From positions 62,001-126,000 of the forward strand of contig JASTWF010000344.1 of NCBI GenBank assembly GCA_030390025.1: a stretch of DNA of 64,000 nt, given 5' to 3'. The notes below the pieces were generated by a model that was given only the letters and a program-made list of their open reading frames with translations, did not search any database and had not been told where the DNA came from. The first letter of the stretch is position 1; every line of letters starts with the position of its first letter. A program made the position numbers and the translations under genes. Source of the DNA: Squalus acanthias. Lineage: Eukaryota. Shown here one piece after another: positions 1 through 12,300 of this stretch.

Positions 1-85
1 TGATTGCACAAAGTCAAAATTACCCTCCAGAGTGTCAGCAGGATATTCGACCAATGATAGATCACAGTCCGAGCCCAAACTGGGC

Positions 86-892
86 AGCGATCAGGAGCAG
101 GAACCCTGGCTGATTTCCCCTCTCTCTAATCCAGGGGTCAGTGGACAGTGATCAGGAGCAGGAACCCTGGCTGATTTCCCCTCTCTCTAACCCAGGGGTC
201 ACTGGACAGTGATCAGGAGCAGGAACCCTGGCTGATTTCCCCTCTCTCTAACGCAGGGGTCACTGGACAGTGATCAGGAGCAGGAACCCTGGCTGATTTC
301 CCCTCTCTCTAACCCAGGGGTCAGTGGACAGTGATCAGGAGCAGGAACCCTGGCTGATTTCCCCTCTCTCTAACCCAGGGGTCAGTGGACAGTGATCAGG
401 AGCAGGAACCCTGGCTGATTTCCCCTCTCATTGAAGCATACAAAATTATTACAGGGCTTGATAGGGTGGATGCTGGGAGAATGTTTCCCTTGGCTGGGGA
501 GTCTAGAACCAGGGGCCACAGCCTCAGGATAAAGGGTAGGCCATTCAGGACTGAGATGAGAAGAAATTTCTTCACACAGAGGGTGGTGAATCTTTGGAAT
601 TCTCTACCCCAGAGGGCTGTGGAGGTTCAGTCATTGGGTATATTCAAAACAGAAGTCGATAGATTTCTGACGAGTAAGGGCATCAAGGGATATGGCGATA
701 GGGCCGGTGAATGGAGTTGAGGCAGAAGATCAGCCATGATCTCATTGAATGGCGGAGCAGGCTCGAAGGGCCGAATGGCCGACTCCTGCTCCTATTGCTT
801 ATGTACTTATGTTCTTTCTCTAACCCAGGGGTCACTGGACAGTGATCAGGAGCAGGAACCCTGGCTGATTTCCCCTCTCTCTAACCCAGGGG
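86..892. repeat. 61-bp minisatellite (about 7 units) split by a CR1 3' fragment
   Basis: Unit CAGTGATCAGGAGCAGGAACCCTGGCTGATTTCCCCTCTCTCTAACCCAGGGGTCACTGGA at 86-429, resuming at ~816-892. Confidence 0.9.
430..815 (+). mobile_element. CR1 LINE 3' fragment
   Basis: ORF2 C-terminus ([35 protein letters not shown]), CR1 3'UTR and CTTATGT-type tail. Confidence 0.9.
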
Positions 893-2118
893 TCTCTAAG
901 ACTAATTGTACCTCCTACTGTCTCCCCGGCTAAGGTCAACATCAAGGTCAGTAACGTGACTTGGTAAACTCGCTGAAACACTGACAGAGTTCAGGATTAA
1001 CATTCCAGATTAACATTTACGAGTGGGGTTTAACCAGATACAAAGCCAGCAGAAATCAGTCACTCCACTCGGCTCATTCCTCACAATCTGACCAGCAAAT
1101 CCGCTCCCTCTGACCCTCAGCAGCTATCACTGGGAAGACAGCTCACACCTCTCACGCTCCGTAATCACTGCGATTTGACAGAACAGCGCGACAATAACAC
1201 ATCGAGCTCCCGTAATGTAAACGTAAGGTTACCACCTAGTCACATCTTAACTCCGGCACAAATCTAACGCTAATCGATTCTACGTTCCCCACCGGGTGAA
1301 CATACTAAAATTCTAAATCTACCAGCCTTCTGTCACCTATAAATGGGATTACAGAACCTGTGGGGATTAATTCATACCCTGCAACATACACACTGAGCAC
1401 TGGCTATCTGTATCATTAAAAACCTACAGTTACTGAGAGATTTAAACTAAGAGTCTGGCACAGTGAGCACAGCCTGACACAGACACTAACAGAACACAGG
1501 ACCAGCAATCAGAGCTGATCCCAGATCCCGGCAATAAAGAGACTCCACACAAGGACTTTCAGAAGGCATTTGATAAAGTACCACATAATGCACTTGTTTG
1601 CAAAATTGAAGCCCATGGGATTAAAGGGACAGTGGCAGCGTGGATACAAAATTGGCTAACGGACAGACAGCAGAGAGTAGTGGTGAACGGTTGTTTTTCA
1701 GACTGGAGGGACATGTACAGTGGTGTCCCCCAGGGGTCAGTGTTGGGACCACTGCTCTTTTTGATATATATTAATGACCTGGACTTGGGTGTACAGGGCA
1801 TCATTTCAAAGTTTGCAGATGACATGAAACTCATAAATGTAGTAAACAGTGAGGAGGATAGTAACAGACTTCGGGAGGACATAGACAGACTGGTGAAATG
1901 GGCAGACACACGGCAGATGAAATTTAATGCAGGGAAGTGTGAAGTGATACATTTTGGTAGGAACACTGAGGAGAGGCAATATAAACTGAATGGTACAATT
2001 TTAAAGTGGGTGCAGGAACAGAGACCTGGGGGTGGATGTATACACATCGTTGAAGGTGGCAGGACAAGTTGTGAAGGCTGCTAAAAAAGCATATGGGATC
2101 CTGGGCTTTATTAATAGA

Positions 2119-2263
2119 TGTGAGAAGTCGCACAACACCAGGTTATAGTCCAACAGCTTTATTTGAAATCACAAGCTTTCGGAGCGCTGCTCCTTCGTCA
2201 GGTGGTGTTGTGCGACTTCTCACATTTGTCCACCCCAGTCCAACACCGGCATCTCCACATCAT
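2119..2263. mobile_element. Short Penelope-like element remnant with inverted 5' part
   Basis: Flanked by a 15-bp direct repeat GGCTTTATTAATAGA (2104-2118, 2264-2278) inside a CR1. 23-bp perfect inverted repeat at 2118-2140 and 2203-2225. Hammerhead core on the minus strand. Confidence 0.75.
2170..2204 (-). ncRNA. Minimal type I hammerhead ribozyme motif
   Basis: Minus strand reads CAC-CUGACGA-A-GGAGC-AGC-GCUCC-GAAA-GCUU-GUG: CUGAnGA and GAAA cores, 5-bp stem II, palindromic AGCU stem III, CAC/GUG stem I. Confidence 0.65.
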
Positions 2264-2977
2264 GGCTTTATTAATAGAGGCATAGAGTACAAAAGCTAAA
2301 TCTTTATAAATCACTGGTTAGGCCTCAGCTGGAGTATTGGGTCCAATTCTGAGCACCGCACTTTAGGAAGGATGTCAAGGCCTTGGAGAGGGTGCAGAGG
2401 AGATTTACTAGAATGGTACCAGGGATGAGGGACTTCAGTTATGTGAAGAGACTGGAGAAGCTGGGATTGTTCTCCTTCTAGCAGAGAAGGTTAAGGGGAG
2501 ATTTAATAGAAGTGTTCAAAATCATTAAGGGGTTTTGATAGAGTAAATAAGGAGAACCTGTTTCCAGTGGCAGGAGGGTCGGTAACCAGAGGACACAGAT
2601 TTAAGGTAATTGGCAAAAGAATCAGAGGCGAAATGAGGAAACATGTTTTTACGCAGCGAGTTGTTGTGATCTGGAATGCGCTGCCTGAAAGGCGGTGGAA
2701 GCAGATTCAATAATAACTTTCAAAAGGGAACTGAATAAAAGGGTTGAAAATGTGCAGGGCTGTGGGGAAAGAGCAAGGGGAGTGGGACTGATTGGAGGGC
2801 TCGTTCAAAGAGCCGGCACAGGCACGATGGGCCGCACAGTCTCATTCTGTGGTAATATTCTATGATTCTAGGGAGACCCCCCCATGGGACACCCCATCCA
2901 TGAGGCCAAAAAAAAACACACAACCAGTCCATGCCAACTGTGTAACTGGGTTTCAGTTAAGGAAAGTAAATCAAAGA

Positions 2978-5903
2978 GAGGGGTGTGGGGTATATCAGAG
3001 TATTACAGTGAGGGGTGCGGGGTATATCAGAGTGTTACAGTGAGGGGTGTGGGGTATATCAGTGTGTTACAGTGAGTGGTGTGGGGTATATCAGAGTGTT
3101 ACAGTGAGTGGTGTGGGGTATATCAGACTGTTACAGTGAGGGATGTGGGGTATATCAGAGTGTTACAGTGAGGGCTGTGGGGTATATCAGTGTGTTACAG
3201 TGAGGGGTGTATCAGAGTGTTACAGTGAGGGGTGTGGGGTATATCTGAGTGTTACAGTGAGGGGTGTGGGGTATATCAGTGTTACAGCGAGGGCTGTGGG
3301 GTATATCACTGTTACAGTGAGGGGTATATCAGAGTGTTACAATGAGGGGTGTGGGGTATATCAGACTGTTACAGTGAGGGGTATATCAGAGTGTTACAGT
3401 GAGGGGTGTGGGGTATATCAGAGTGTTACAGTGAGGGGTGTGGGGTATATCAGTGTGTTACAGTGAGGGGTGTGGGGTATATCAGTGTGTTGCAGTGAGG
3501 GGTGTGGGGTATATCAGTGTTACAGTGAGGGGTGGGGGATATATCAGACTGTTACAGTGAGGGGTGTGGGGTATATCAGAGTGTTACAGTGAGGGGTGTG
3601 GGGTATATCAGTGTTACAGTGAGGGGTGTGGGATTTATCAGTGTTACAGTGAGGGGTGTGGGGTATATCAGTGTTACAGTGAGGGGTGTGGGGTATATCA
3701 GTGTGTTACAGTGAGGGGTGTGGGGTATATCAGAGTGTTACAGTGAGGGGTGTGGGATTTATCAGTGTTACAGTGAGGGGTGTGGGGTATATCTGTGTGT
3801 TACAGTGAGGGGTGTGGGGTATATCAGAGTGTTACAGTGAGGGGTGTGGGGTATATCAGTGTGTTACAGTGAGGGGTGTGTGGTATATCAGTGTGTTACA
3901 GTGAGGGGCGTGCGGTATGTCAGAGTGTTACAGTGAGGGGTGTGGGGTATATCAGTGTTACAGTGAGGGGTGTGGGGTATATCAGTGTTACAGTGAGGGG
4001 TGTGGGGTATATCAGTGTTACAGTGAGGGGTGTGGGGTATATCAGTGTTACAGTGAGGGGTGTGGGGTATATCAGAGTGTTACAGTGAGGGGTGTGGGGT
4101 ATATCAGTGTTACAGTGAGGGGTGTGGGGTATATCAGAGTGTTACAGTGAGGGGTGTGGGGTATATCAGTGTTACAGTGAGGGGTGTGGGGTATATGAGG
4201 GTGTTACAGTGAGGGGTGTGGGGTATATCTGTGTTACAATGAGGGGTGTGGGGTATATCAGTTACAGTGAGGGGTGTGGGGTATATCAGTGTGATACAGT
4301 GAGGGATGTAGGGTATATCAGTGTGATACAGTGAGGGATGTAGGGTATATCAGTGTGTTACAGTGAGGGGTGTGGGGTATATCAGAATGTTACAGTGAGG
4401 GGTGTGGGGTATATCAGTGTGATACAGTGAGGGATGTGAGGTATATCAGTGTGTTACAGTGAGGGGTGTGGGGTATATCAGTGTTACAGTGAGGGGTGTG
4501 GGGTATATCAGTGTTACAGTGAGGGGTGTGGGGTATATCAGTGTGTTACAGTGAGGGATGTGGGGTATATCAGTGTTACAGTGAGGGGTGTGGGGTATAT
4601 CAGAGTGTTACAGTGAGGGGTGTGGGGTATATCAGTGTTACAGTGAGGGGTGTGGGGTATATGAGGGTGTTACAGTGAGGGGTGTGGGGTATATCTGTGT
4701 TACAATGAGGGGTGTGGGGTATATCAGTTACAGTGAGGGGTGTGGGGTATATCAGTGTGATACAGTGAATGATGTAGGGTATATCAGCATGTTACAGTGA
4801 GGGGTGTGGGGTATATCAGTGTGATACAGTGAGGGATGTGAGGTATATCAGTGTGTTACAGTGAGGGGTGTGGGGATATCAGTGTTACAGTGAGGGGTGT
4901 GGGGTATATCAGAGTGTTACAGTGAGGGGTGTGGGGTATATCAGAGTGTTACAGTGAGGGGTGTGGGGTATATCAGTGTGTTACAGTGAGGGGTGTGGGG
5001 TATATCAGAGTGTTACAGTGAGGGGTGTGGGGTATATCAGAGTGTTACAGTGAGGGGTATATCAGTGCGATACAGTGAGGGATGTGGGGTATATCAGAGT
5101 GTTACAGTGAGGGGTGTGGGGTATATCAGAGTGTTACAGTGAGGGGTGTGGGGTATATCAGAGAGTGTTACAGTGAGGGGTGTGGGGTATATCAGAGTGT
5201 TACAGTGAGGGGTGTGGGGTATATCAGTGTGATACAGTGAGGGATGTAGGGTATATCAGTGTGTTACAGTGAGGGGTGTGGGGTATATCAGAGTGTTACA
5301 GTGAGGGGTGTGGGGTATATCAGTGTGTTACAGTGAGGGGTGTGGGGTATATCAGAGTGTTACAGTGACGGGTGTGGGGTATATCAGAGTGTTACAGTGA
5401 GGGGTGTGGGGTATATCAGAGTGTTACAGTGAGGTGTGTGGGGTATATCAGTGCGATACAGTGAGGGATGTGGGGTATATCAGTGTTACAGTGAGGGGTG
5501 TGGGGTATATCAGAGTGTTACAGTGAGGGGTGTGGGGTATATCAGAGTGTTACAGTGAGGGGTGTGGGGTATATCAGAGTGTTACAGTGAGGGGTGTGGG
5601 GTATATCAGAGTGATACAGTGAGGGATGTAGGGTATATCAGTGTGTTACAGTGAGGGGTGTGGGGTATATCAGAGTGATACAGTGAGGGGTGTGGGGTAT
5701 ATCAGTGTGATACAGTGAGGGATGTGGGGTATATCAGTGTGTTACAGTGAGGGGTGTGGGGTATATCAGTGTTTCAGTGAGGGGTGTGGGGTATATCAGA
5801 GTGTTACAGTGCGGGGTGTGGGGTATATCAGTGTTACAGTGAGGGGTGTGGGGTATATCAGAGTGTTACAGTGAGGGGTGTGGGGTATATCAGTGTTGCA
5901 GTG
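2978..5903. repeat. G-rich 30-32-bp minisatellite, about 2.9 kb
   Basis: Unit GTGTTACAGTGAGGGGTGTGGGGTATATCA(GA) repeated roughly 90-95 times with variants. Confidence 0.97.
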
Positions 5904-6397
5904 AAGGGAGGGGCCCAGTGTGTGGGGGGAGGGGCGCGGAGGGTGGGGGAGGGGTGCGGTTGGCGGGGGTAGGGGCGCGGTAATGCGACTCCCAGTACAG
6001 AAAGTATTTTCTGAGGATCAGTAATGGCCTTATGCTCACTGCCGGAAAGGGCGGTGGAAGCAGATTCAATAATAACTTTCAAAAGGAAATTGGATAAATA
6101 CTGGAAGGAGAGAAATTTGCAGGAAGGAGCAGCGAGTAATTGAATCGCTCTCTCACTGGGAGCTGAGATCGATTGTTTTACTATCTGCTGGACTGAGATC
6201 GAACACGGGTTTATAGAAACAACGGAGAGGAGGTCAGGTGTGGTGCTCGGGTCCGGTCGGACTCCCTGTAAATAATGGTGAATGAGCAGCGGGGGCGGGG
6301 CGATTAGACCAATGAGAGGGTGCTGTGTGTGAGGGAGTCGCTGGACATCGAGGGGACTCGGGATCCAAGTTCACCGCACCAGGTCCCGCCGCACATT

Positions 6398-9300
6398 TCA
6401 AGACTTTTCCTCCTTCTCTGCAATTTTAGCTAAACTCTGGCGCAAATCGTTCAGTTCGTAGAGCTTGACGTCGAGGATATCCAGAAGTTTTCGGGCGTCA
6501 CACTGGATCCTCTCTCGATCATTCACACAGTCGACCAGCGTCTGCTCCACATCCTGAAGCTGCTGCTCCAGCTCAGCATTCCGACCCTCAACCTCCTGAG
6601 AATAAAGGGCAAAGGTGAGGTCAGATACCGTCAGTTCGAGCTCCCTCCAGACCCATGGGATGGCGCCGTTCTCTGACCAGAGTCCTCGCGGGGACTGAGC
6701 TGGACAAACACAAAGCCCCCTAAACCCTAACCCCCCTCCCCCCCCCGTGCCCCCTTCCTTCTCCCCCCGTACCTGCAGTCTGAGCAGCGCCTCCTCACGG
6801 TCACTCTCTAACTCGTTAACATCAGATTTTTGGCTCCTCAACAACTGGATCTCCTGAGAGAAACAAAAAGATCAGTCAGAAGGCGAGTGAGACCGCGGCA
6901 ACGCACGGGGAGACCGCGGCTGAGCGCACGGGGAGACCGCGGCAACGCACGGGGAGACCGCGGCTGAGCGCACGGGGAGACCGCGGCTGAGCGCACTGGA
7001 TACAGCAAAGGCTATGGGTCCCGACAATATCCCAGCTGTCCTGCTGAAGACTTGTGCTCCAGAACTAGCCGTGCCTCTAGCCAAGCTGTTCCAGTACAGC
7101 TACAACACTGGCATCTATCCGACAAACTGGAAAACTGCCCAGGTATGTCCTGTCCACAAAAAGCAGGACAAATCCAATCCGGCCAATTACCGCCCCATCA
7201 GTCTACTCTCAATCATCAGCAAAGTGATGGAAGGTGTCATCAACAGTGCTATCAAGCGGCACTCACTCACCAATAACCTGTTCACTGATGCCCAGTTTGG
7301 GTTCTGCCAGGACCACTCGGCTCCCGATCTCATTACAGCCTCATTACATGGACGAAGGAGCTGAATTCGAGAGGTGAGGAGAGAGTGACTGCCCTTGACA
7401 TCAAGGTAACATTTGACCGAGTGTGGCATCAAGGAACCCTAGTAAAACTGAAGTCAATGGGAATCGGGGGGAAAACTCTCCACTGGCTGGAATCATACCG
7501 AGCACAAAGGAAGATGATTGTGATGGTTGGAGGTCAATCATCACAGCCCCAGGACATCGTTGCAGGAGTTCCTCAGGGCAGTGTCCTGGGCCCAACCATC
7601 TTCAGCTGCTTCATCGATAGCCTTCCCTCCATCATAACAACAACAACTTCTATCTATATAGCGTCTTTAACGTAATAAAACATCCCAAGGCGCTGCACAG
7701 GAGTATTTATAGACAAAAAATTTGACACCGATCCACATAAGGATAAATTAGGGCAGGTGACCAAAAGCTTGGTCAAAGAGGTAGGTTTTAAGGAGGAAGG
7801 AGAGGTAGTGAGGCGGACAGGTTTAGGGAGGGAATTCCAGAGCTTAGGACCTAGGCAACAGAAGGCACGGCCAGCAATGGTTGAGTGATTATAATCAGGG
7901 ATGCTCAAGAGGCCAGAATTAGAGGAGTGCAGATATCTCGGGGGGTTTGTGGGGCTGGAGGAGATTACAGAGATAGGAGGGGCGAGGCCATGGAGGGATA
8001 TGAAAACAAGGATGAGAATTTTGAAATCGAGGCGCTGCTTAACCGGGAGCCAATGTAGGTCAGCGAGCACAGGGGTGATGGGTGAACGGGACTTGGTGCG
8101 AGTTAGGACACGGGCAGCCGAGTTTTGGATGACCTCAAGTTTACGTAGGGTGGAATGTGGGAGGCCAGCCAGGAGTGCGTTGGAATAGTCAAGTCTAGAG
8201 GTAACAAAGGCATGGATGAGGTTTCAGCAGCAGATGAGCTGAGTCAAGGGCGGAGACAGGCGATGTTACAGAGGTGGAAATAGGTGGTCTTTGTTATGCT
8301 GCGGATATGTGGTCGGAAGCTCAGAAATGGGGATGTTCGCTGATGACTGCAGTGTTCAGCGCCATTCACAACTCCTCAGATAATGAAGCAGTCCATGCCT
8401 GCATGCAACAAGATCTGGACGACGTTCAGGCTTTGGCTGATAAGTGGCAGGTAACATTCGCGCCACAGAAGTACCAGGCAATGACTATCTACAACAAGTG
8501 AGAGTCTAACCACCGCCCCTTGACATTCAACAGGCATTACCATCACCGAATCCCCCACCATCAACATCCTGGGGGTCACCATTGACCAGAAACTTAACTG
8601 GACCAGCCACATAAATACAGTGGCAACAAGAGCAGGTCAGAGGCTGGGTATTCTGCGGCGAGTGACTCACCTCCTGACTCCCCAAAGCCTTTCCACCATC
8701 TACAAGGCACAAGTAAGGAGTGTGATGGAATACTCTCCACTTGCCTGGATGAGTGCAGCTCCAACAATACTCAAGAAGCTCGACACCATCCAGGACAAAG
8801 CAGCCCACTTGATTGGCACCCCATCCACCATCTTAAACATTCACTCCTTCCACCACCGGCGTACCGTGGCTGCAGTGTGTACCATCTACAAGATGCACTG
8901 CAGCAACTCGCCAAGGCTTCTTCGGCAGCACCTCCCAAACCCGCGACCTCTTCCACCTAGAAGGACAAGGGCAGCAGGCGCATGGGAACACCACCACCTC
9001 CAAGTTGCCCTACAAGTCACACACCATCCTGACTTGGAAATATATCGCCGATCCTTCATCGTCGCTGGGTCAAAATCCTGGAACTCCCTCCCTAACAGCA
9101 CTGTGGGAGTACCATCACCACATGGACTGCAGCGGTTCAAGAAGGCGGCTCACCACCACCTTCTCGAGGGCAACTCGGGATGGGCAATAAATGTTGGCCT
9201 TGCCAGTGACGCCCACATCCCAGGAACAAAAAAAAAACGCACGGGGAGACCGGGACAACGCTCGGGGAGACTGGGACAACGCTCGGGGAGACTGCGCTCC

Positions 9301-12300
9301 AATGCCAAACTCTTACTTTGAACGACACCCATGCAATTCTGTCTGGGTCGGGTTTCTCTTGCTGACCTCGCTCAGCCCAGAGCCCGAAACCGGACAGACT
9401 GCCCCAGCTCACCATCGATAAACCCAGTGTGTGTGGTCACACGCCAACACGCGGTGTACCGTCACGCGCCAACACGCGGTGTACCGTCACACGCCAACAT
9501 GCGGTGTACCGTCACACGCTAACACGCGTTGTACCGTCACACGCTAACACGCGGTGTACCGTCACGCGCCAACACGCGGTGTACCGTCACGCGCCAACAT
9601 GCGGTGTACCGTCACATGCCAAGAGGTGGTGTACCGCCACACGCCAACACGCGGTGTACCGTCACGCGTCAACACGCGGTGTACCGTCACACGCCAACAC
9701 GCGGTGTACCGTCACGCGCCAACACACGGTGTACCGTCACGCGCCAACACGCGGTGTACCGTCACGCGCCAACACGCGGTGTACCATCACACGCTAACAC
9801 GCGGTGTACCGTCACGCGCCAACATGCGGTGTACCGTCACGTGCCAAGAGGTGGTGTACCGCCACGCGCCAACACGCGGTGTACCGTCACGCGTCAACAC
9901 GCGGTGTACCGTCACACGCCAACACGCGGTGTACCGTCACACGCCAACACGCGGTGTACCGTCACACGCCAACACGCGGTGTACCGTCACACGCCAAGAG
10001 GTGGTGTACCGTCACACGCCAACACGAGGTGTACCGTCACATGCCAAGAGTTGGTGTACCGTAACACGCCAACACGCGGTGTACCGTAACACGCCAACAC
10101 GCGGTGTACCGTCACACGCCAACACGCGGTGTACCGTCACACGCCAACACGCGGTGTACCGTCACACGCCAACACGCGGTGTACCATCACACGCCAACAC
10201 GCGGTGTACCGACACACGCCAACACGCGGTGTACCGCCACACGCCAACACGCGGTGTACCGTCACACGCCAACACACGGTGTACCGCCACACGCCAAGAG
10301 ATGGTGTACCGTCACACGCCAAGAGATGGTGTACCATCACACGCCAACACGCGGTGTACCGTCACACGCCAACACGCGGTGTACCGTCACACGCCAACAC
10401 GCGGTGTACCGTCACACGCCAAGAGATGGTGCACCGTCACACGCCAAGAGATCGTGTACCGTCACACGCCAACACGCGGTGTACCGTCACATGCCAAGAG
10501 GTGGTGTACCGTCACACGCCAACGCGCGGTGTACCGCCACACGCCAACACGCGGTGTACCGTCACGCGCCAACACGCGGTGTACCGCCACACACCACCAC
10601 GCGGTGTACCGCCACACACCACCACGCGGTGTACCGTCACACGCCACCACGCGGTGTACCGTCACGTGCCAACAGGCGGTGTACCGTCACGTGCCAACAG
10701 GCGGTGTACCGTCACACGCCAACAGGCGGTGTACCGTCACACGCCAACACGCGGTGTACCGTCACACGCCAACACGCGGTGTACCGTCACACGCCAACAC
10801 GCGGTGTACCGTCACACGCCAACACGCGGTGTACCGTCACACGCCAACTACGCGGTGTACCGTCACACGCCAACACGCGGTGTACCGTCACACGCCAACA
10901 CGCGGTGTACCGTCACACGCCAACACGCGGTGTACCGTCACACGCCAACACGCGGTGTACCGTCACACGCCAACACGCGGTGTACCGCCACACGCCAACA
11001 CGCGGTGTACCGCCACACGCCAACACGCGGTGTACCGTCACACGCCAACACGCGGTGTACCATCACACGCCAACACACGGTGTACCGCCACACGCCAAGA
11101 GATGGTGTACCGTCACACGCTAACACGCGGTGTACCGTCACATGCCAAGAGGTGGTGTACCGCCACACGCCAACACGCGGTGTACCGTCACACGCTAACA
11201 CGCGGTGTACCGTCACGCGCCAACACGCGGTGTACCGTCACGCGCCAACACGCGGTGTACCATCACACGCCAACATGCGGTGTACCGTCACGTGCCAACA
11301 CGCGGTGTACCGTCACGCGCCAACACGCGGTGTACCGTCACGCGCCAACACGTGGTGTACCGTCACGCACCAACACGCGGTGTACCGTCACGCGCCAACA
11401 CGCGGTGTACCGTCACACGCCAACACGCGGTGTACCGTCACGTGCCAACACGCGGTGTACCGTCACACGCCAACACGCGGTGTACCGTCACACGCCAACA
11501 CGAGGTGTACCGTCACACGCCAACACGCGGTGTACCGTCACACGCCAACACGCAGTGTACCGTCACACGCCAACACGCGGTGTACCGTCACACGCCAACA
11601 CGCGGTGTACCGTCACACGCCAACACGCGGTGTACGGTCACACGACAACACACGATGTACCGCCACATGCCAACATGCGGTGTACCGCCACACGCCAACA
11701 CGCGGTGTACCGTCACACGCCAAGAGATGGTGTACCGTCACACGCCAACACGCGGTGTACCGTCACATGCCAAGAGGTGGTGTACCGTCACACGCCAACA
11801 CACGGTGTACCGCCACACGCCAAGAGATGGTGTACCGTCACACGCTAACACGCGGTGTACCGTCACATGCCAAGAGGTGGTGTACCGCCACACGCCAACA
11901 CGCGGTGTACCGTCACACGCCAAGAGGTGGTGTACCGTCACACGCCAACACGCGGTGTATCGCCGCACGCCAACACGCGGTGTACCGCCGCACGCCAACC
12001 CGCGGTGTACCGTCACACGCGGTGTACCGTCACACGCCAACACGCGGTGTACCGTCACACGCCAACACGCGGTGTACCGTCACACGCCAACACGCGGTGT
12101 ACCGCCACACGCCAACGACGCGGTGTACCGTCACACGCCAACACGCGGTGTACCATCACACGCCAACATGCGGTGTACCGCCACATGCCACACGGTGTAC
12201 CGTCATACGCCAACACGTGGTGTACCACCACACGCTAACACACAGTGTACTGCCACACGCCAACACGCGGTGTACCGCCTAACGCCAACACGCGGTGTAC

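Larger units (their letters stand above)
1555..2868 (+). mobile_element. 5'-truncated, frameshifted CR1 LINE
   Basis: RT motifs [27 protein letters not shown], followed by a CR1 3' end. Confidence 0.9.

Noticed and set aside
3143..5972. Cys/Tyr/Gly-rich ORFs (CYSEGCGVYQ)n resembling keratin-associated proteins
   Set aside because: Products of the 30-32-bp array; frames shift with unit length and there is no gene structure.
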